Source of the DNA: an uncultured Acidobacteriota bacterium
GTDB lineage: Bacteria > Acidobacteriota > Vicinamibacteria > Vicinamibacterales > UBA2999
NCBI GenBank assembly: GCA_963721715.1
Contig: CAVRKI010000004.1
Coordinates: forward strand, 1,354,500-1,418,499
Length of the DNA: 64,000 nucleotides
Direction: 5' to 3'
This document shows positions 58,603-64,000 of this stretch, piece after piece. Each line of letters starts with the position of its first letter. Position 1 is the stretch's first letter. The translations under genes were made by a program, and so were the position numbers. The notes beneath the pieces were generated by a model, which was given only the letters and a program-made list of their open reading frames with translations, searched no databases and was not told where the DNA came from.

Positions 58603-60312
58603 ATGTCAGACGCGAGTATCAAGGTGGACGCCACCCCGCAGGACTTCATCAGAGACATCGTCAGCGCCGATGTCGCCGCCGGAAAGAACGGCGGCCGCGT
58701 GGTCACCCGCTTCCCGCCCGAGCCGAACGGCTATCTCCACATCGGTCACGCCAAGGCCATCTGCGTAGACTTCGGCGTCGCCGCCGAGTTCGGCGGGGTC
58801 TGCAACCTGCGGTTCGACGACACCAACCCGGTGAAGGAAGACGTCGAGTACGTCGATTCCATCAAGGACGACGTGCGGTGGCTGGGGTTCGACTGGGCGG
58901 ACCGCGAGTTCTATGCGTCCGACTACTACGAGCAGCTCTACCAATTCGCCGAGCGCCTGATCCAGAAGGGCGCCGCCTACGTCGACTCGCTGACCGCCGA
59001 CCAAATCCGCGAGCACCGGGGCACGCTGACCGAACCGGGCACGGACTCGCCCTATCGCAGCCGCGGCGTGGACGAGAACCTGGACCTGTTCCGGCGGATG
59101 CGCGCGGGCGAGTTCGCCGATGGCGCCCACGTGCTGCGGGCCAGGACCGACATGGCCGCGACCAACATCACGATGCGCGACCCGGTGCTCTACCGCATCC
59201 GCCATGCGCATCATCACCGCACCGGCGATGCGTGGTGCATCTACCCGATGTACGACTACGCGCATCCGCTCTCGGATGCGATCGAAGGCGTCACCCACTC
59301 GCTCTGCACCCTCGAGTACGTGGATCACCGCCCGCTCTACGACTGGTGCATCGAGCAGGCGGAGACGGAGCACCAGCCGAAACAGTACGAGTTCGCGCGG
59401 CTCAACCTGAACTACACGGTGATGAGCAAGCGCAAGCTCCTGCAGCTGGTGGCCCAGAAGCACGTCAGCGGCTGGGACGATCCGCGCATGCCGACCATCT
59501 CGGGGCTGCGCCGCCGCGGCTTCACCCCGGAATCGATCCGCGACTTCTGCGCCCGCGTCGGCGTGGCGAAGAAGGAGAACGTGATCGACATGGGCCTGCT
59601 CGAGCACTGCGTGCGCGAGGATCTCAACCGGCGGGCTCCGCGCGCGATGGCGGTGTTGCGTCCGCTGAAGCTGGTGCTCACCAACTACCCCGAGGGGCAG
59701 GTGGAGCACATGGACGTCGTCAACCACCCCGACGACCCGGGAGCCGGGACCCGCCAGGTGGCCTTCGCACGCGAGATCTTCGTCGAACGCGACGACTTCA
59801 TGGAAGACCCGCCGAAGAAGTTCTTCCGGCTGGCGCCGGGCCGCGAGGTGCGGCTGCGCAACGCCTACCTGATCACCTGCACCGAGGTCGTGAAGAACGC
59901 CGCCGGCGAGATCGTCGAGCTGCGGGGCACCTACGACCCGGCCACCCGCGGCGGCGATGCCCCCGACGGCCGCAAGGTGAAGGCCACGCTCCACTGGGTG
60001 TCGGCGGCGCACGCCGCCACCGCCACGGTGCGGCTCTACGATCGGCTGTTCACGGTGGAGGATCCGGACGGCACCGCGTCGAAGACCGGAGTCGACTTCA
60101 CCAGTCTGATCAACCCCGCCTCGTTCGAGGCGCTGACCGACTGCCGGCTGGAGCCGATGCTCGCCGCCGCCGCGCCGGGCACACGCTTCCAGTTCGAGCG
60201 CCTCGGCTACTTCTGCGCCGACCTGGACTCCCGGCCTGACGCACCGGTCTTCAACCGCACCGCGTCGCTGAAGGACGCCTGGGCCCGGGCCACGGCCCGC
60301 GACAGCGCGTAA
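58603..60312 (+). CDS. glnS: Glutamine--tRNA ligase
   Basis: [54 protein letters not shown]. Confidence 0.97.
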   Translation: MSDASIKVDATPQDFIRDIVSADVAAGKNGGRVVTRFPPEPNGYLHIGHAKAICVDFGVAAEFGGVCNLRFDDTNPVKEDVEYVDSIKDDVRWLGFDWADREFYASDYYEQLYQFAERLIQKGAAYVDSLTADQIREHRGTLTEPGTDSPYRSRGVDENLDLFRRMRAGEFADGAHVLRARTDMAATNITMRDPVLYRIRHAHHHRTGDAWCIYPMYDYAHPLSDAIEGVTHSLCTLEYVDHRPLYDWCIEQAETEHQPKQYEFARLNLNYTVMSKRKLLQLVAQKHVSGWDDPRMPTISGLRRRGFTPESIRDFCARVGVAKKENVIDMGLLEHCVREDLNRRAPRAMAVLRPLKLVLTNYPEGQVEHMDVVNHPDDPGAGTRQVAFAREIFVERDDFMEDPPKKFFRLAPGREVRLRNAYLITCTEVVKNAAGEIVELRGTYDPATRGGDAPDGRKVKATLHWVSAAHAATATVRLYDRLFTVEDPDGTASKTGVDFTSLINPASFEALTDCRLEPMLAAAAPGTRFQFERLGYFCADLDSRPDAPVFNRTASLKDAWARATARDSA

Positions 60313-60347
60313 CGGCGGGACGATACTCACAGAGGCCCAGTCTCCCC

Positions 60348-60956
60348 ATGCGCGTTGCGATTGTCGGCGGCCCCGCGGTGGGCAAGAGCACCCTCGTGCG
60401 CCAGCTCGCCGACCTCTACCACAATGGATCGTATGGCGAGGGCGAGAAGGGGGTGTGGCATCCCCGCGTCCTCGAAGATATCGCCGCCGGCCGCAACCCG
60501 ATCGGCGTCACCGAATACTTCGCCCGCCTCTACGACGCCAACTACCGCGACGCCGCCGCTCACGACACCGCTCGCCGCGTCATCTTCTTCGAAGGCGCCC
60601 GCATCACGCTCGAGGCCCATATCGCCGAGTATCCGGCCTCGTATCACGACGCCTTGCGGCAGGTGGCCGCGATTGGCGACACCTGGAATCCGGACCGAAT
60701 CATCGTCCTCACCTCCAGCCGCGCGACCATCGAGCGCCAGATCCTGATGCGCGGCCGCTCGCACGAGGACGTGGCGCACATGGTCCGCCGCTTCCAGCTG
60801 ATCGACGACGAGTTCCGGCGCCTCGCGCCGCTCTACCCCAACGCCGTGGTCATCGACCGCGATGGACGCGAGTTCCACGAACGCTTCGATCTGCTGGAGA
60901 TTATCCGCATGGCCAGCCTGCCGATGTTCACCGAGGTCCCGTACGTGCAGCGTTAG
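60348..60956 (+). CDS. Deoxynucleoside/nucleotide kinase-like P-loop protein
   Basis: GGPAVGKST P-loop, PDRIIVL, lid RGRSHE. Confidence 0.7.
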   Translation: MRVAIVGGPAVGKSTLVRQLADLYHNGSYGEGEKGVWHPRVLEDIAAGRNPIGVTEYFARLYDANYRDAAAHDTARRVIFFEGARITLEAHIAEYPASYHDALRQVAAIGDTWNPDRIIVLTSSRATIERQILMRGRSHEDVAHMVRRFQLIDDEFRRLAPLYPNAVVIDRDGREFHERFDLLEIIRMASLPMFTEVPYVQR

Positions 60957-61837
60957 CGCAGGGGAAACGGCGTCCGGGCGATGAAGGTATTCACCGCCTC
61001 GAGCAGCCCGCTCCGATCCCGAACCACGAACACCGACTCCTCACGCTGACCCTCCGTCAGATCGTGCAGGTCGATCAGCACCACCTCCGGTCCATGCGAG
61101 GAGATGATCCGGCCGTCGAGCCCGTAGTACTCGGCCTCGGCGATGGCGTCCACCTCGCCGCGATCGAACAACGCGTAGAGCTCGGCAAACGTCGTCGCGG
61201 TCACGATGTTGACGCCGCTCGGCGCGCGTCGCCGCACATCGCGCTCGGCCGCCATGCCCGCGACCACGCCGATGCGCTTGCCGATGAAGTCGTCGATGTG
61301 TGCGTACCGCCCCGCGTCGGTCGGGTGGATGCGCAAGGCGCGCCGCTCGTAGAGAAACGGCGCCGAAAAGGTGCCGCCCGGGCTGACGCGATCGGGAAAG
61401 CTGGCGACGTTGGTCGCCACCAGGTCCACTTCATCGCGGCCGGCGCGGGTCCACGATTCGTTGAAGGGAACGACGACCCAGGCGATGGCCAGACCGTGCT
61501 CGCTGGCGAAGCGCTCGACGTAGCGCCGGATCCAGAGCTGCGAATCGTAGGGGTTGCTGGGAGCGTCGGTGGTCACGGCCACGGCGAGGACGCCGGGCCG
61601 CAGTGTGCGAATGGGGTCCGCCCCGCATGCGACGGCGAGGGCGCCAACCAGCAGCGCCCACCCCCATCGCCCCGAACGCCGCCGCCGCCCCGGGCCAGGC
61701 CGCGGCATCACGCGGCGAGACCGGTGACCGGGCGCAGCGCCGCCATGTTCGATGTGGTCATGGGTGTTGATGATCCGCTCCCTTCGCTGGGAGCCTACCA
61801 TGCCGCTCCCCTCGTCCCGAGGGCGGCCGTGGGCCAC
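60953..61837 (-). CDS. Amino-acid-type substrate-binding lipoprotein (SBP family 3)
   Basis: LAVAC lipobox, EVDL, FSAPFL, GKRIGV, GEVDA; start uncertain. Confidence 0.78.
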   Translation of the reverse strand: MAHGRPRDEGSGMVGSQRRERIINTHDHIEHGGAAPGHRSRRVMPRPGPGRRRRSGRWGWALLVGALAVACGADPIRTLRPGVLAVAVTTDAPSNPYDSQLWIRRYVERFASEHGLAIAWVVVPFNESWTRAGRDEVDLVATNVASFPDRVSPGGTFSAPFLYERRALRIHPTDAGRYAHIDDFIGKRIGVVAGMAAERDVRRRAPSGVNIVTATTFAELYALFDRGEVDAIAEAEYYGLDGRIISSHGPEVVLIDLHDLTEGQREESVFVVRDRSGLLEAVNTFIARTPFPLR

Positions 61838-61861
61838 GTGGTGCCGATATAATGCGCCGAC

Positions 61862-63193
61862 TTGCCGCGCCCCGCCCTCCGCCGCACGCTCACGCTACGC
61901 GACCTCATCGTCTACGGGCTGCTCTTCATCGGGCCGCTGGCGCCGGTGGGCGTGTTCGGCGTGCTGGACGCCCGCACCAACGGCGCCGTCGCGTTGGTCT
62001 ACCTGCTGGCGACCATCGCCATGGCGTTCACCGCCTGGTCGTACGCCGAGATGTCGAGGGTCGTGCCTCACGCCGGTTCAGTGTTCGCCTACGCCTCCGA
62101 GGGGCTCGGCCGACCCGCGGGGTTCCTCGCCGGCTGGATGGCGATGCTGGACTACCTGCTGATTCCTTCCGTCGCCTATCTGTTCTCCGGGATCGCGCTT
62201 CATGCCCTGATGCCCGCGGTGCCGGCCTGGATCTTCACCGTGATCGCGTTCGCCGCCACGACGGCGCTCAACCTGGTCGGCGTGCGCGTGGCGGCTCGCG
62301 TTGGCACGCTCGTGCTGATCGTCGAGATCGCGGTCTTCGTCGTCTTCATCGTCATGGCGCTCGCGGCCCTGGCCTCGACCGGCGCAACACGTCCCGTGCT
62401 GTCCCCGCTCGTCGGGCTCGGGGCCTTCGATGCGTCGGTGGTAGTGGGCGCCATCTCGGTCGCGGTGCTCTCGTATCTCGGCTTCGATGCGATCGCGGGC
62501 TTCGCCGAAGAGAACACCGGTGATCGGCGCGAAGTGGGGCGCGCCATCCTGTTCTGCCTGGCCGTGGCCGGCGTCCTGTTCGTGACGCAGACCTATCTCG
62601 CCAGCTTGCTGAGTCAGATGGTTCCCGCGGATCTCGCCGCCCATCCGGAGCGGCAGGGCACCGTGTTCTACGACATCACCCGCGCGGCACTGGCGCCGTG
62701 GCTGGCCACCGTGATCGCCGCGACCAAGGCGATCGGTCCCGCGTTCGCGGCGATGACCGGACAGGCCGCGGCGGCCCGCCTGCTGTTCGGCATGGCGCGC
62801 GATGGCCGTCTGCCGCGGGCGCTCGCGTCAGTCGATGCGAAGCACGGCGTTCCACGGGCCTCGCTGATGACGGCCGCGCTGCTGACGCTGGCGGTCTCGG
62901 TGTGGGCGGCGCGGCGGCCCGACGGCCTGGACGTGCTGGTGTCGATCGTCGACGTCGGGGCGCTCGCCGCCTTCACGCTGCTCCACGCCTCCGTGGTGGG
63001 ATACTTCGTGCGACAGCGGCGTGGCGTGGTGCGCGCGGCACACTACGTCGTGCCCGCGCTCGGCGCTGCGGTCACGCTGTGGGTGATCGCCGAAGCGGGC
63101 GAGCTGGCGCAGATCGTCGGTGGCCTGTGGACCGTCGCCGCGCTGGTGATCCTCGCCCTGAGGCGAGGACGGCCGTCCGAGGAATCGTCATGA
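61862..63193 (+). CDS. APC-family permease (PuuP/PlaP-like)
   Basis: LRRTLTL..YGL, GSVFAY, GWMAMLDYL, SYLGFDAI..AEE, RLLFGMARDG; TATAAT 8 nt before TTG. Confidence 0.92.
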   Translation: MPRPALRRTLTLRDLIVYGLLFIGPLAPVGVFGVLDARTNGAVALVYLLATIAMAFTAWSYAEMSRVVPHAGSVFAYASEGLGRPAGFLAGWMAMLDYLLIPSVAYLFSGIALHALMPAVPAWIFTVIAFAATTALNLVGVRVAARVGTLVLIVEIAVFVVFIVMALAALASTGATRPVLSPLVGLGAFDASVVVGAISVAVLSYLGFDAIAGFAEENTGDRREVGRAILFCLAVAGVLFVTQTYLASLLSQMVPADLAAHPERQGTVFYDITRAALAPWLATVIAATKAIGPAFAAMTGQAAAARLLFGMARDGRLPRALASVDAKHGVPRASLMTAALLTLAVSVWAARRPDGLDVLVSIVDVGALAAFTLLHASVVGYFVRQRRGVVRAAHYVVPALGAAVTLWVIAEAGELAQIVGGLWTVAALVILALRRGRPSEESS

Positions 63194-63669
63194 CTCATGT
63201 GATTCGGCCGGCCACCGTCGACGATGTGCCCCACATCGTCCACCACCGCGAGCAGATGTTTCGCGAGATGGGCACCCAGTGCGACTACGTCCGGATGGCC
63301 GAGGCCTGCACGGCGTGGTACCTGGACGCGGTGCCGGCCGGCACCTATCACGGCTGGATGATCGAGGATCACGCCGGCGGCGCAGGCGTCGAGACGCACG
63401 TGGTCGGCGGCGGCGGGCTCATCGTCATGCCGTGGTCGCCGGGGCCGCTGCGCTTCGACCCGCGGATGGCGTTCGTCTACAACGTCTACGTGCACCCCGC
63501 CCATCGCGGCAGGGAACTGGCCAGGCGCCTGATGGAGGCGATGCACGCGTGGTGCCGATCCGAGGGAATCGAGCGGCTGGCGCTGAACGCCACGGCCGCG
63601 GGTGAGCGCGTCTATACCAGCCTCGGCTACGCCGCGACCCTGGAACCGATGATGCGCCTGGACCTGTGA
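63190..63669 (+). CDS. GNAT N-acetyltransferase
   Basis: NVYVHPAHRGRELA, LNATAAGERVYTSLGY; ATGA overlap. Confidence 0.88.
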   Translation: MTHVIRPATVDDVPHIVHHREQMFREMGTQCDYVRMAEACTAWYLDAVPAGTYHGWMIEDHAGGAGVETHVVGGGGLIVMPWSPGPLRFDPRMAFVYNVYVHPAHRGRELARRLMEAMHAWCRSEGIERLALNATAAGERVYTSLGYAATLEPMMRLDL

Positions 63670-63773
63670 CAGCGCGCCGAACGGCTGGCTGAAGCGCAGT
63701 TGATTCGACGCACTGGTTCCTGTAGCGCGTCACCAATCGGCGGCAGGCGCCAGGCACACCGGCGAAGCCGCCC

Positions 63774-64000
63774 TCACCAGGCCTCGAACAACGTGTCGAC
63801 CGCCAGCGTGAAGCCCGGGAGTAGTGGAGTGGCGAGGATTGCCTCCGTGTCGCAGCGCAGGACGTCCGCTTCCTTCAGCGCGCCATCTTCGGACCGCCGG
63901 AACACCACGACCCGGCGTGCCGTCGGATCGACCATCCAGTACTCGCGCACGCCGACACGATCGAATAGTTGCCGCTTGATGCCCTCGTCCCGACGACGAG
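63774..64000 (-). CDS. Uma2-family PD-(D/E)XK nuclease-fold protein, 5' end outside window
   Basis: Manual translation RRDEGIKRQLFDRVGVREYWMVDP..TPLLPGFTLAVDTLFEAW*. Confidence 0.85.
   Translation of the reverse strand, partial: RRRDEGIKRQLFDRVGVREYWMVDPTARRVVVFRRSEDGALKEADVLRCDTEAILATPLLPGFTLAVDTLFEAW

Noticed and set aside
21783-60330. Long antisense ORFs such as 21783-23753, 28618-30645, 49463-50959 and 58606-60330
   Set aside because: They mirror clear genes on the other strand, have no motifs, and are expected at this GC content.
63774-64000. Uma2 gene as a restriction or defence system
   Set aside because: It is partial, Uma2 genes are common standalone paralogs, and no methylase or partner gene is visible.

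Overview
High-GC 64 kb window of ordinary-looking bacterial chromosome with about 65 genes. The gene repertoire (carboxypeptidase-regulatory-domain TonB receptor, PQQ-type beta-propellers, CotH, D-aminoacylase, DUF5916, heptamer intergenic repeats) suggests Acidobacteriota, probably Vicinamibacteria (inference). I found no rRNA, tRNA, CRISPR, integrase or transposase. Main modules in order: (1) sigma-54 activator, YSC84, DUF481, a sortase and its LPKTA substrate; (2) a metal-resistance locus broken by several deletions (czcA, DUF5916 and arsC-like fragments, DUF1259, chrB with no chrA); (3) DUF2892, ECF sigma and anti-sigma, divergent from apbE, with a split NosR-like FMN-binding/polyferredoxin pair nearby; (4) a LytS kinase, REC-PP2C and LytTR operon preceded by three 21-bp-periodic LytTR-type boxes, followed by a SorAB-like Mo-oxidoreductase and diheme cytochrome c; (5) the best candidate for an undescribed system, an operon of EhpF/GriC-like adenylating enzyme, EhpG/GriD-like reductase, CxxC-bearing GT4, MacB/FtsX-type ABC transporter and two exported PQQ-type beta-propellers (32057-42709); (6) TonB receptor, MFS, a CxxCH-bearing prenyltransferase-repeat protein coupled to a Met-rich multicopper oxidase, a Tat-exported M20 protein with a remodelled metal site, a TetR-controlled DevBCA-like exporter with twin operators, and glnS. 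About 16 frameshifts, all readable as insertions, cluster at 31.8-41.1 kb and are most likely long-read consensus errors. All family calls come from motif recognition, not database searches.
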